Positions 19,688 to 29,083 of a stretch of 42,353 nt of DNA are shown piece by piece. How positions within the stretch are numbered: the stretch's first letter is position 1; each line of letters starts with the position of its first letter. The position numbers and the translations under genes were made by a program. Under the pieces are notes generated by a model. The model was not told the DNA's origin. It searched no databases and worked only from the letters and a program-made list of their open reading frames with translations. This DNA is from a virus (taxonomy: Duplodnaviria; Heunggongvirae; Uroviricota; Caudoviricetes): IMG/VR virus record IMGVR_UViG_2654587736_000008. The stretch is one strand, 5' to 3'.

Positions 19688-21786
19688 AACCATCCTCCGG
19701 AAGTCAGCCAGGGGTTAACATCGTCAGTTACTGTTTTCTTCCGTTTTTGTTTTTTAACAGGCGTGGATACCGGTTCCGGTGAGGGTGACGGTTCGGTACT
19801 GTCCGGGACACACTCCAGCCAGGTTTCCCGGCTCGCCCACTCCGGTGCATCCGGCCAGCGGATCTTTTCGTATCCATGCAGAATGACCAGAGCCTCGGCA
19901 TACACCATCAGGTCAAAAGCTTCGTTGGCACCGCGACCCGGCTTACTCCATTTCCCGTCACTGCTCCGCTCTTCATACGTCAGTTCGTCGTAAAACCAGC
20001 TCCCCAGCCAGTCAGGGAAATGCACATAGCCGGGACCTGGCGAGTCACGCCATAACGCGTTATTCACCCGGTCTTTCAGGGCATCCGTCTGAAGAAGCCA
20101 GAGCGGTACATCACCTGCGGCCTGCGCCCGTCGGCCCGTTCGTCCGGTGTTATCAGGGAATGTACGGGTGATCAGTTTTGCGCGCCGGATGCTGTCGCCC
20201 TTAAACAGGTAAATACGTTTACCAAGGCCATCACGACGGCAACGACGCCAGAATTTATAGGCATTATCAGTGACCCCGTCTTCACCGCCGGAGTCCACCG
20301 CCATTGCCATCAGTCGCATTTGTTGAGAAGGATCGGAGGCCAGCGGCCAGCTTTTATGAAAAACATCCGTCAGCAGGACATCCCAGTCTTCCGGATAACT
20401 GGCCGGATCAATTCGCTGGCTCTCCCCGTCGCTGTCACCGCGCAATGACTGCGTGATGTTGTAACGATCAATAATCCAGCGTTCGCCACGGCTGCCATAG
20501 CCCGTTACCTGAACCACAAAACGGCGATGACGTCCCGCCTGCACATCCACTGTCGCCACAAGGAAATTAACGCCATCCGGCACACTGCGGGAAGGAACTG
20601 GCTCTGCCCGCTGCTCAAGCAGTTCACTTTTTCGTTGCTCCATGCTGGCGCGGGGAAGATAAGGTAATCCCCAGTCGGTATTGATAACCGTCTTGAGTGT
20701 TTCTTCACTTCCGGTTGTCTCGTATTCCTGTTCTGCAGTAAGCAGTTTGTAAACGAGTTGCGAGAGTGTCTGGTAAGCAGCTGCCGGACCCTCCATCCAG
20801 AATGACGCAATACGTGAGCGTCGGGGATCACCATAACGACTGCCATCCGCATTGATGGATTCACCATCCCGCAGCCAGACCCCACGTCCGTTCAGCTCAC
20901 GTTTTTGTTCAGGCATAATCCGTCCTGAACAGGAAGGACACTGAATATAAGCCGCCTCACTTGCCAGCACGGGATCGGCAATATCACGGAAACCAGCAAC
21001 CACATCGCCGCAGGGCTGAAAATACTCACCACAGTGTGGACAGGGCCAGTACCAGCGACGGCGATCGCCACGGTTATAGAGCGACAGTATCCCAGTGGTT
21101 GGTGGAGCCTCATGCGGTGAAGTCCGTCGCCATTTCACATCCTTCACATCCCTGCCGGGGGAACTCTCCACCAGCGTCATACCACTGGACATAAATGTTG
21201 TGGTACGTTTTGAGGCAAGAGAGAAAGCATCCCCCTCGCCATCAATATCTTCCGGAAAACGGTCATAATCCGTCAGCGCGACGCATTTATAATCTGATGA
21301 GGACATGATATTGACTGACGGCCAGCCGATTTTCAGGTAGTTGCCAGCAAGGAATGTTCTGTCATAAACGTTGTTGTCATTTTTGTTCGGACTCAGGCGA
21401 CTGACCACTTCCGGGCTGACGCGAAACGTTCTGGCGAGTCGTTTTTTGGAGTGTTCGCGGGCTTTTTCCTCCGTCATCTGAATGATCAGCATATCCGCAG
21501 GGTCGCAAATCACGTTGTAAATCACCCAGCCGTCAATCAGGCCGATAGTCTTGCCGGTTCGTGCCGGGCCAACAAATATCACTGCGTCGTATTCACGCGA
21601 GGCCAGGCAGTTCATCGGCTCAATAACATACGGTGCCACCAGCGGATCCCACGGGACTGAGTTCCCTGCCCCCATGGGCACCCGCATATACTGAGCAACG
21701 GCATCAGCAACCCGCATTCGTCTCGGTGCGCGAAGGATATAACCTGAATCGGTTCGTGCTGCCTTTGCGGTTTCCTGATTCAGCAT
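19684..21786 (-). CDS. A: Terminase large subunit (lambda gpA-like)
   Basis: 700 aa; Walker A-like VGPARTGKT; collinear with lambda A. Confidence 0.9.
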   Translation of the reverse strand: MLNQETAKAARTDSGYILRAPRRMRVADAVAQYMRVPMGAGNSVPWDPLVAPYVIEPMNCLASREYDAVIFVGPARTGKTIGLIDGWVIYNVICDPADMLIIQMTEEKAREHSKKRLARTFRVSPEVVSRLSPNKNDNNVYDRTFLAGNYLKIGWPSVNIMSSSDYKCVALTDYDRFPEDIDGEGDAFSLASKRTTTFMSSGMTLVESSPGRDVKDVKWRRTSPHEAPPTTGILSLYNRGDRRRWYWPCPHCGEYFQPCGDVVAGFRDIADPVLASEAAYIQCPSCSGRIMPEQKRELNGRGVWLRDGESINADGSRYGDPRRSRIASFWMEGPAAAYQTLSQLVYKLLTAEQEYETTGSEETLKTVINTDWGLPYLPRASMEQRKSELLEQRAEPVPSRSVPDGVNFLVATVDVQAGRHRRFVVQVTGYGSRGERWIIDRYNITQSLRGDSDGESQRIDPASYPEDWDVLLTDVFHKSWPLASDPSQQMRLMAMAVDSGGEDGVTDNAYKFWRRCRRDGLGKRIYLFKGDSIRRAKLITRTFPDNTGRTGRRAQAAGDVPLWLLQTDALKDRVNNALWRDSPGPGYVHFPDWLGSWFYDELTYEERSSDGKWSKPGRGANEAFDLMVYAEALVILHGYEKIRWPDAPEWASRETWLECVPDSTEPSPSPEPVSTPVKKQKRKKTVTDDVNPWLTSGGWL

Positions 21787-22277
21787 TACTCCTCCTGCTG
21801 TAATTCCTCCTCATCATCCGCACCTGCTTCGGTCACCCGCAGGGCTATCTGATCGCGCAGATCATCAATAATGGACTGAACACGGCTCACAGCGGCAGGC
21901 TGCAGGCCGCAGTCACGTTCCAGAATATCCGGTAATGTCTCCAGCACCTGCACGACCGCTTTTGCCCAGATGGCAAACTCCCGTCTGACATCACTGGCCG
22001 GAATGAGTTGTGCCGTTTCCTGTTCGAACTTAAGACGCTCACGTTCAGACTGATACCAGGCTTTGCGTTCATGTGGATCCATTTCGCCCTCAGCAACCGG
22101 CGGTGGTAACCCCATAAATTCAGTCAGAATATCGGTCAACCGGTATAGCTTGAGTTTGTCATGTCCACCAGCGGGACGAATGTTTTTCAGTCTTGCCACG
22201 ACAGTCTGGCGGTGCAGACCAGATAAAGCCGCCAGTTGATTAATATTCAGCACCAGGTTTTTCAACTCATGATCCAT
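21786..22277 (-). CDS. Terminase small subunit (Nu1-like)
   Basis: 163 aa; N-terminal wHTH (LNINQLAALSGLHRQTVVARLKN); acidic C-terminus; SD GGAGG. Confidence 0.8.
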   Translation of the reverse strand: MDHELKNLVLNINQLAALSGLHRQTVVARLKNIRPAGGHDKLKLYRLTDILTEFMGLPPPVAEGEMDPHERKAWYQSERERLKFEQETAQLIPASDVRREFAIWAKAVVQVLETLPDILERDCGLQPAAVSRVQSIIDDLRDQIALRVTEAGADDEEELQQEE

Positions 22278-22289
22278 ATTTCCTCCGGA

Positions 22290-22470
22290 GAGCTTTAAAC
22301 ATGCATCGTGCGAACAACTTTAAGAAAACGCGTTCGATGTCGAACAAAAAACACTCAATTCGACATGCAAAAAACAAATAACCATTAATAATCAATAAGA
22401 TGCAAAGATGATGGTGGCCAATAAAAATGCAAAAACTAGCCTTTTTCCGCGACGCTCCCGCCCCGTGGCA
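22290..22470 (-). other. Candidate cos site: cosB-like repeats (22300-22376) and cosN-like GC-rich element (22447-22466)
   Basis: Minus strand reads GGGGCGGGAGCGTCGCGG, resembling lambda cosN GGGCGGCGACCTCGCGG, about 170 bp upstream of Nu1; TCGAACA/TCGACAT motif occurs three times between. Confidence 0.5.
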
Positions 22471-22519
22471 GGCCACCCCACCGGGAGGACCCGTCAGCCT
22501 GACAGCCATGACGAACGTC

Positions 22520-22795
22520 TTATACAGCCCTTGCATGAATGGCATCGGGATAATCCAGAAAGGAATAGCATCGACCCACAAGAATCTGTGTGAGTGTCCT
22601 GTTTCTTCCACCCCCGCACAGGACTGGCGAGCATGAGGGACAACCTCGCGAACCATAACCGCGCTGATGACAGGACTGGCCCGGCTTGTATTGCTTCCAG
22701 CCTTCGCTTTTGTGGCTTTTGCAATAGCCTGACGGATCTGTGGTGGTATGGCGGCAGCCGCGAACTCGGCATGCTTTTGAGGTTCGAGGGAGCAT
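22520..22795 (-). CDS. Cys-rich small ORF with HNH-endonuclease-like N-terminus; possibly a degraded gene
   Basis: MLPRTSKACRVRGCRHTTTDPSGYCKSHKSEGWKQYKPG...HQRGYGSR pattern; the downstream part does not continue the expected HNH motifs in any single frame. Confidence 0.3.
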   Translation of the reverse strand: MLPRTSKACRVRGCRHTTTDPSGYCKSHKSEGWKQYKPGQSCHQRGYGSRGCPSCSPVLCGGGRNRTLTQILVGRCYSFLDYPDAIHARAV

Positions 22796-22910
22796 ATGTA
22801 CTCCAATGAAGAAGCCACCGACATAGTCTCCTCCATTCGTCGTGAAACTATTTTCATCTACCCAGTAATGAACTCTTTGAAGAGTTGTAATCAATACAAC
22901 TCGCTAATGG

Positions 22911-22934
22911 AGAGGCTTGTCTCACACGTGAGAC
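22911..22934. repeat. Perfect 24-bp palindrome / hairpin (GCTTGTCTCACACGTGAGACAAGC)
   Basis: 10-bp arms around a CACG centre, in the intergenic region between the lysis and packaging modules. Confidence 0.6.
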
Positions 22935-23289
22935 AAGCTTCCTGTTTGATTTACTGGACACTATAGAAGGACAGAATGCCTTCCTCACTCGAATCACATC
23001 AATTAAGGAGGTTCAACATGTTTCATTCCACAAGTCATCAGGCTGTAATTATGGCAGCATCAGTTTGTGCCACAGACCTTTTCCGCTTCACTTTGAGCCT
23101 GATTCATTTCTACCTGACCGGCTCGCCTCTATCTTTCTAATCCCCGATTTATCCAAATTTCACTGCCATAATGCCGACATTCTCTGCCATTGTTGGCTCC
23201 GTTTATCCGTTAAAAGGGATATCAGTTAAGTTATCCCGTGCAGGGTATAAGCCATTATCAAACCCACCCGTAGATAGGCTTTGTAATGG

Positions 23290-23808
23290 CTACTTCTTCA
23301 GAAATGATTCGATGAATTCACGTCGAGGATGACGATAGTTCAGAATATCTTCTGGCATCCTCATAAAGCGGTTGTTGCCGTCTTTGGCAGTAACAAAACA
23401 GCTGTGAACTCCGCAGACATCCGTTTTGATCGTGTCGCTATACTCAAAAAGCAACTGAGCCATCTTCTCTTGCCATTCTGGAGGCATAGCCTCCATGAAT
23501 ACTCGCGGCATCACGCAGAACGACGCATGCGTAAGACCAAACCACAGTTGCAGGTCTTTACGATATTCTTCATCCATCGTCTTTACCTTTGTTGCAATAA
23601 AAAGCCCCGCGAATGCGAGGCTAAATCCTAGTGTTTGTGATGACTGGCTCTTATCTAAACGCAGCCCCTTACCGCGCGCCAAATGCTCAACTTTAAGCAT
23701 CAGCAATGAGATGTTTAATCTGGATTCACTCCAGAAGTGATCACCACCCTGTCTACAGAGCCAGATGTGAAGGATGATGAGTAAAATTATCTCTATCATC
23801 GAAGGCAT
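23290..23808 (-). CDS. Hypothetical protein in the bor position (moron candidate), N-terminal hydrophobic segment
   Basis: 172-aa ORF after Rz; relatively AT-rich; no recognisable family. Confidence 0.45.
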   Translation of the reverse strand: MPSMIEIILLIILHIWLCRQGGDHFWSESRLNISLLMLKVEHLARGKGLRLDKSQSSQTLGFSLAFAGLFIATKVKTMDEEYRKDLQLWFGLTHASFCVMPRVFMEAMPPEWQEKMAQLLFEYSDTIKTDVCGVHSCFVTAKDGNNRFMRMPEDILNYRHPRREFIESFLKK

Positions 23809-24263
23809 TGCGTCCTGATATATTCCTGAAGCGTTCTCAGTGCTGTCTGGTCTCTGATGATTCCGTCCCGGATACCGAGAACGTTTCGTCCAGCAACTGG
23901 AGAGAGTTCGACGGTGGCATCATTGCCCATGCCGGAGGCGCTGGAGGTTTCGGCTGAGGATGGCACAGAGCATTTTCCTTTGACGAGCACCCGACCACCA
24001 TTATCAAGCTTGCGCCGAAGAGCATCATTTTTAGCTTTCGCATCAGCCAACTCCTTCGTGTATTTAGCATCGAGTACATCAGCAGCACGCTGGCGTTGCT
24101 GCATGTCAGTAATGGTGGCGGTCGCCTGCTTCAGCTCACTGACTTTTTTATCACGCTGTTCTTTGTAGGCGATGGCGTTATCACGGTAATGATTGACCGC
24201 CCACGACAGGCAGACGATGGTGCAGATAACCAGAGTATAAATAATCGCTGCGACTCTGCTCAC
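23796..24263 (-). CDS. Rz: Spanin inner-membrane subunit Rz (i-spanin)
   Basis: N-terminal TM ([19 protein letters not shown]), coiled-coil body, C-terminal Cys; GTG start overlapping endolysin stop (TTG at 24278 also possible). Confidence 0.8.
   Translation of the reverse strand: MSRVAAIIYTLVICTIVCLSWAVNHYRDNAIAYKEQRDKKVSELKQATATITDMQQRQRAADVLDAKYTKELADAKAKNDALRRKLDNGGRVLVKGKCSVPSSAETSSASGMGNDATVELSPVAGRNVLGIRDGIIRDQTALRTLQEYIRTQCLR
23837..24043 (-). CDS. Rz1: Spanin outer-membrane lipoprotein Rz1 (o-spanin), embedded in Rz in the +1 frame
   Basis: [21 protein letters not shown] lipobox followed by Pro-rich [11 protein letters not shown]. Confidence 0.8.
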   Translation of the reverse strand: MRKLKMMLFGASLIMVVGCSSKENALCHPQPKPPAPPAWAMMPPSNSLQLLDETFSVSGTESSETRQH

Positions 24264-24793
24264 TGATCTATCCCCCAACAGGCTAATGCGCTTTCCTGGT
24301 CACGACGAATAACCTGTCCATAGCAGTTATTTGAACGTATGCGGCAATCGCGCCCACCATCTTTTATCCACCAGCGAATCGCCTCGCATGCGCCCTTACG
24401 ATCACCGGCATTCAGCCGCTTATAAAACGTCGACGGGAAACACTTACCGGGGCCAATGTTATAGGGACAGAATGACGCTATACCCGCTTTCTGTGGTTCG
24501 GTCAGTGGTACTTTAATATTGCGCTCTACCCATGCCAGCGCCTTATCACGTTCAATAGCGTTAACCTGGTCGCATTTTTCCTTCGACAGCTTCATTCCCG
24601 GTATGACGGGCTTACCATCCACCATTGTGGCACCCCGACAGATGGTCCAGATGCCGGCCCCATCGCGGTATGCCGTTGTGTGGTTACCTTCTTTTTCATC
24701 CAGAAACTGGTCGAGAATATCAGGCGCGGGCGCACCGACGGCAATCAGTGCCAGAACGGCAGCCGACAGGCCGTATCTGATTTTTGCGTTCAT
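24260..24793 (-). CDS. R: SAR endolysin (T4-lysozyme-like, GH24)
   Basis: 177 aa; N-terminal signal-anchor-release-like segment ([16 protein letters not shown]), then lysozyme-like body resembling phage 21 R. Confidence 0.8.
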   Translation of the reverse strand: MNAKIRYGLSAAVLALIAVGAPAPDILDQFLDEKEGNHTTAYRDGAGIWTICRGATMVDGKPVIPGMKLSKEKCDQVNAIERDKALAWVERNIKVPLTEPQKAGIASFCPYNIGPGKCFPSTFYKRLNAGDRKGACEAIRWWIKDGGRDCRIRSNNCYGQVIRRDQESALACWGIDQ

Positions 24794-24856
24794 GGATATT
24801 TATCAGGATTTATCGGTTTCTGCCCACGGACAGGTTTATCTGTTCCGGTCAGTGAC

Positions 24857-25207
24857 TTAAGGTTGTGATTCCGGAGGAGTCTTCAGAGAACCAGTAATTC
24901 TTCCTGGTAGCTTTCCTTTGTAGGTTATCCACACATTCTGCGCCTCTAAAATTACGGGGCGCTTTTCCGGCGACTGCTCATCCCCTTCACATAACCCGGC
25001 AGCAACATCCAGGAAGACCTGTCTGATGCTCCTTCTGGCTGCTGCCTCATAAAACTCCAGCGCGGCACCTTCAACACGGTCCAGCGAGATGTCCAGGTCA
25101 AAAATTTCACCGTCAAAGCGTTTTTTGTCCCGTAACGCTAAAGTTACCGTAACTTTATTCTCAAAATTGCGGATCCCTTTCACAATCACTTCATAGTTTT
25201 GAGTCAT
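24857..25207 (-). CDS. Hypothetical protein inserted between holin and endolysin (116 aa)
   Basis: SD GGGGAGAG upstream of ATG 25207, 4 nt after the holin stop; soluble, acidic; no recognisable family. Confidence 0.55.
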   Translation of the reverse strand: MTQNYEVIVKGIRNFENKVTVTLALRDKKRFDGEIFDLDISLDRVEGAALEFYEAAARRSIRQVFLDVAAGLCEGDEQSPEKRPVILEAQNVWITYKGKLPGRITGSLKTPPESQP

Positions 25208-25211
25208 TGAA

Positions 25212-25427
25212 TTACTCTCCCCGTGCAGCCTTACGCTTGTCTTCTTTAATCTTGAAATAAAGGTTTGTCAGATACGTCAGCAAGCCAAATACCAGACTAC
25301 CCAGCACACCTATTGCCGCCCACTGTGAGGGCGTGACTTTATCGAGCAACTGTAAAAACCAGTACCCGGCACTACCTGCTGAGGTGCCATAGGCGACACC
25401 CGTTGTTAACTTATCCATGGATTTCAT
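25212..25427 (-). CDS. S: Pinholin, phage 21 S-like (class II holin) with dual-start motif
   Basis: [29 protein letters not shown]...[22 protein letters not shown]; two Met codons (M1, M4) as in S21 holin/antiholin. Confidence 0.85.
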
Positions 25428-25462
25428 AACCCCACCTCGCAGATGCGGGTGCTGTGTAATGG

Positions 25463-25488
25463 AAATAAAAAGGCCACCTGACGTGGCC
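25463..25488 (-). terminator. Intrinsic terminator between methyltransferase gene and holin
   Basis: Minus strand GGCCAC-GTCAG-GTGGCC followed by TTTTTATTT. Confidence 0.65.
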
Positions 25489-25494
25489 ACCAGA

Positions 25495-26547
25495 TTATTT
25501 CCCCACCAGCTCGTTTATCTCTTTCACTGTCTGGTTAAACCGCTCTGACTCAAGCTCAACACCTAAGGCCCGACGCCCCAGCGCCATTGCTGCTTTTATT
25601 GTGGAACCGGATCCCATAAAAAAATCAGCAACCAGATCACCTGGTCGACTACTGGCATTGATTATTTGCCTGAGCATATCCGCCGGTTTCTCACACGGAT
25701 GTTTCCCCGGGTAGAACTGAACGGGTTTATGCATCCAGACATCGGTATAAGGCACGGAGACTGATACGGAGAAATAGCGCCGGAGAGATTTAAACTCATC
25801 CAGCAATTCAGAATATTTGCGATTCAGTGAATCATAAGATGCCACCAGCTGGTGGTGTGGTTGTTCCAGTTGTTGTTCCTGAAACTTCTCTGCCGCTATA
25901 CGGGAAAACAGTGCCTGTAACTTCCGATAGTCAGCCTCATTCGGCAACTGCCACTGACTGGCACCAAACCAGTGGGAAACCATATTTTTCTTACCTGTGG
26001 CTTCGGCAATTTGTTTTGCCGTTATACCCAGTTCGGCACGAGCATCCCTGAAATACGAAATCAGCGGTGCCATTATGTGCTGTTTGAGTTCCCTTTCTTT
26101 TGCCGCATAGCCGTCACTTTTGCCGCGATATGGCCCCTGGTAATGTTCAGCAAACAGAACGCGCTCTGTGGCAGGAAAATATGCACGCAGACTTTCTTTA
26201 TTACACCCATTCCAACGTCCGGACGGCTTCGCCCAGATGATATGGTTAAGCACGTTGAAACGTTCACGCATCATGATCTCAATATCAGATGCCAGGCGAT
26301 GCCCACAGAACAGGTAAAGGCTTCCGGCAGGTTTTAACACCCGCCAGAACTGGGCCAGACAGTGGTCCAGCCACTTAAGGTAATCTTCGTCCCCTTTCCA
26401 CTGATTGTCCCAGCCGTTGGGTTTCACCTTGAAGTACGGCGGATCGGTAACAATCAGGTCAATGGAATCATCAGGCAGGGACTGAATAAAATGCAGGCAA
26501 TCAGCGTTGATTAAATCAACACTGTTTATTTTTACAGTATTTTTCAT
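25495..26547 (-). CDS. DNA N6-adenine methyltransferase, beta-class (DPPY before FxGxG), orphan
   Basis: 350 aa; motif IV VTDPPYF near the N-terminus and SAM-binding DFFMGSGST near the C-terminus; no adjacent restriction gene. Confidence 0.8.
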
Positions 26548-26697
26548 GGATCAGTAAGCGTAACTCTGGTAGGCTCACTCTGCTTTTGCGCTAAAGCAGT
26601 GGGCCGTGGTTCGCTTGTGACCAGTAAGCATGAGCGAATGGCTGGCAGGTGCTACCAACACCCACCAGCCGCCCATTTTCACAGCAGGAAACCGCCA

Positions 26698-26925
26698 TTA
26701 CTGGCAGCGTCTGAATTTATTCCCGTACCCGCCGTTATCCTTCGCCAGACCCGCCAGAACTAACTGAGTCAGTATTAACTGGCACCGGGCTTCGCTTACT
26801 CCGGTAGTTCTCGTCATCATGCGTGGCGTTACCCACTTGTCAGCAGGTAAGAAATGAAGGACTGCGGCGGCGGTTTCTGTCATATCTTGCTGTTTTAGCA
26901 TGTCTTTTTCCCTTCTGGTTAACAT
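26698..26925 (-). CDS. Small wHTH-like protein, hypothetical (75 aa)
   Basis: ORF immediately upstream of the methyltransferase; alternative start at 26901 with SD AAGGGA. Confidence 0.4.
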   Translation of the reverse strand: MLTRREKDMLKQQDMTETAAAVLHFLPADKWVTPRMMTRTTGVSEARCQLILTQLVLAGLAKDNGGYGNKFRRCQ

Positions 26926-27023
26926 GACATACCAATAACTCTTGTCTAAAAAGCCAGCAAGATAAAAAGTCAGTATTCACGACCACCAGCGTGTTTACTG
27001 TACTGCACCAAGTTTACAGGTAC

Positions 27024-27046
27024 AAAAAAAACCGCTCAGCGGCGGG
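27024..27046 (-). terminator. Intrinsic terminator (candidate tR'-like)
   Basis: Minus strand CCGCTGAGCGG hairpin followed by eight T. Confidence 0.5.
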
Positions 27047-27079
27047 TTTAAGTTGTGTGGCGAAGTAACCACTCTTAAC

Positions 27080-27107
27080 AGCATATTTGATTTTTTACGA
27101 TTGTAAA
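27080..27107 (-). promoter_or_regulatory. Candidate sigma70 promoter on the late strand (possible PR'-like), about 45 nt upstream of the terminator
   Basis: Minus strand TTTACA-N16-TATGCT. Confidence 0.3.
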
Positions 27108-27172
27108 CGGTTGATTATTCATCTCCAATAAAAATAATTGTGTGGGTATACCCTTAGCAATGGATAAGAAAC

Positions 27173-27619
27173 ATGAATAAAATGACTGTACTATTACTTA
27201 GCGCAACTATCATTTCAGGTTGTACTTCTTCCGTACCATTGATAAAGAAAACTCAATCAGGAAAACCTGAGGGGGTTTATCAAAATACGACAAAAGATAA
27301 AGTCAAAGATGCCCTTGTGAATTACTGCAATAGTAGAGGGTTGATAATTTACAACGCGGATAACAGCAGTGTTATATGTGGTAAAGAACTGGAAGGCGGC
27401 TCTGCTGTTTTTGGACAAATGTTAATCGGAAATGCCTATTCAACAACCCCGGTATCAAAAGTCAGATTTACTATCGCTCAAGTTAATAACGATACAAAAG
27501 TGTGGGCCGATATGTGGATGGAAACTCAAATGGCAATGGGGCAAGTACAACAAATGGCTATAACAGACAACGCAAGCAAAAACACTATCCAACAACGTCT
27601 TGATGAATTAAAACCTTAA
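27173..27619 (+). CDS. Lipoprotein, hypothetical (moron on opposite strand)
   Basis: 148 aa; signal peptide with lipobox LLSATIISGC; gene and flanks are AT-rich; opposite strand to Q and the late genes. Confidence 0.7.
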   Translation: MNKMTVLLLSATIISGCTSSVPLIKKTQSGKPEGVYQNTTKDKVKDALVNYCNSRGLIIYNADNSSVICGKELEGGSAVFGQMLIGNAYSTTPVSKVRFTIAQVNNDTKVWADMWMETQMAMGQVQQMAITDNASKNTIQQRLDELKP

Positions 27620-27639
27620 GTAAACTAATTAAATAAAAT

Positions 27640-27661
27640 GGGGAGAATAAATCGACTCCCC
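27640..27661. terminator. Hairpin between convergent lipoprotein and Q genes
   Basis: GGGGAG-N10-CTCCCC; on the minus strand it is followed by ATTTTATTT. Confidence 0.4.
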
Positions 27662-27703
27662 ACACATTAAACTGATTCAATTACCCCCTCAATAAGAGGT
27701 CTT

Positions 27704-28069
27704 CTAACGATCCATCTCTAGCTCAATTTCTAACATCATTAACATGCCATCAACTACACCTTCAGCCTTTTGCAATAAACGCCCAACCCAGCAATCAGAA
27801 CGCCCATGTTTACGGGCAAGCGCCATAAACGTCATACCACCTACATAATAATCCACTAATAAATCGTGCAAATCGCTGTTGTTCTTTTTCAGGCGAGCCA
27901 TGCACCCACAAATGATCATCGCGTCATCGTCACAACATTGCGGGCGGGATTTTACTTTTGAAGGGATTAGTCCTTTAAATCCTGCAGCAATAGACGACCA
28001 GGTGACATCCTCGTGATTATTTGCCACCCATGCCCCCCAACGTTCAAGAACCATTTGAATATCACGCAT
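27704..28069 (-). CDS. quuD: Late-gene antiterminator Q (phage 21 / QuuD-type)
   Basis: [14 protein letters not shown]...[18 protein letters not shown]...[11 protein letters not shown], as remembered for DLP12 QuuD; ATG 28069 with SD GGAG (ORF track begins at a TTG 28084). Confidence 0.8.
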   Translation of the reverse strand: MRDIQMVLERWGAWVANNHEDVTWSSIAAGFKGLIPSKVKSRPQCCDDDAMIICGCMARLKKNNSDLHDLLVDYYVGGMTFMALARKHGRSDCWVGRLLQKAEGVVDGMLMMLEIELEMDR

Positions 28070-28086
28070 CAACTTTCTCCACAAAA

Positions 28087-29082
28087 TCAGGCCAGCACGC
28101 CAATTGCCAGCGCACGATCGATAAAACGAAATATCAGCTCCAGTTGGGAGCCATACTTCTCTTCAAATGCCACGGTATCCGCATGCAGCTCGTCGTGATG
28201 CTTTCTGCACAAAGGCAACACAAAAAGGTCATGCGCTTTTGTTCCCATTCCACCCTGACCGTGACCTATCAGGTGGTGGGGATCATCAGCAGGCTTTCCA
28301 CAACATGCACACGGCTGTGTCTTAACCCAGCGCGTGTACTTTTCATTAACCCAGCGGCGACGTTTTGGGCGTAACATAAAAGACTCCGGCGACTCTGGAT
28401 CCACTTTCAGCGCCAGCACCTTTTTCGCTTTATCCTGGATGATGCTGGTGGCAGGAACCGAAGGCACAAGGTCACTTTCCCGGGTGACAGACGGCACAAC
28501 AGGCTTCGGTAATCTCAGTGCCTTACGGGCTGCACTTTCCGGTAAGGCATCCGCCAGGTCATTACGAATCAGCCACCAGCACAGTTCCGGCATTGTCACA
28601 ACGTGACTGTCATCAAAACCGAGATCCCGACGCACAACAGACAACACCCAGCGGGTACAGTTATCCGTTGCCATTGATTCCAGCCGTTCCGTGAACTGAT
28701 CGCGCAGCTGGTTATCGCAGTGCCAGCACAGACGGATTGCGCCCGGCGTGTGTCGCATTGTGGTCATGTTCTCGCTGTGCCAGTCGGAATGAGGCCACTG
28801 GCAACCTTTTTCACGAAGTAACCAGCGTTCAAGACATTCCACTCCACCAGCACGACGGATCACTGCCTCATTGCGGAACACGGCCCGAACGGCAGGATCA
28901 TCCGCCAGCGGTTGTGATGCCGCCGGAACGGCACCACTGGCGAAAGATGAATAACGTTCCGGCTCAGGCTCCAGCAGAACACGCCCCTGCATAAACAGGG
29001 GCATCAGCTCTGAACCTGGCCTGAACAATACGATCCCCATACGCGGGGCAATTTCAGGGGTCAGTAGTGCTCTCACGGTCAC
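28087..29082 (-). CDS. DUF968 family protein (HNH-like Cys/His C-terminal motif)
   Basis: 331 aa; C-terminal [21 protein letters not shown]...CRKHHDELH; start uncertain (GTG 29082 or downstream ATG). Confidence 0.65.
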   Translation of the reverse strand: MTVRALLTPEIAPRMGIVLFRPGSELMPLFMQGRVLLEPEPERYSSFASGAVPAASQPLADDPAVRAVFRNEAVIRRAGGVECLERWLLREKGCQWPHSDWHSENMTTMRHTPGAIRLCWHCDNQLRDQFTERLESMATDNCTRWVLSVVRRDLGFDDSHVVTMPELCWWLIRNDLADALPESAARKALRLPKPVVPSVTRESDLVPSVPATSIIQDKAKKVLALKVDPESPESFMLRPKRRRWVNEKYTRWVKTQPCACCGKPADDPHHLIGHGQGGMGTKAHDLFVLPLCRKHHDELHADTVAFEEKYGSQLELIFRFIDRALAIGVLA

Positions 29083-29083
29083 C

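Noticed and set aside
22267-22857. 196-aa minus-strand ORF spanning the cos region and overlapping the 5' end of Nu1
   Set aside because: It runs through the cos-like site and the Nu1 ribosome-binding region, and its C-terminal half is low-complexity; treated as a chance ORF, apart from the Cys-rich segment reported separately.
26548-27172. tRNA genes between Q and the lysis cassette
   Set aside because: Some lambdoid phages carry tRNAs here, but I found no cloverleaf-compatible sequence or GGTTCGAAT-type T-loop motif in the intergenic segments.
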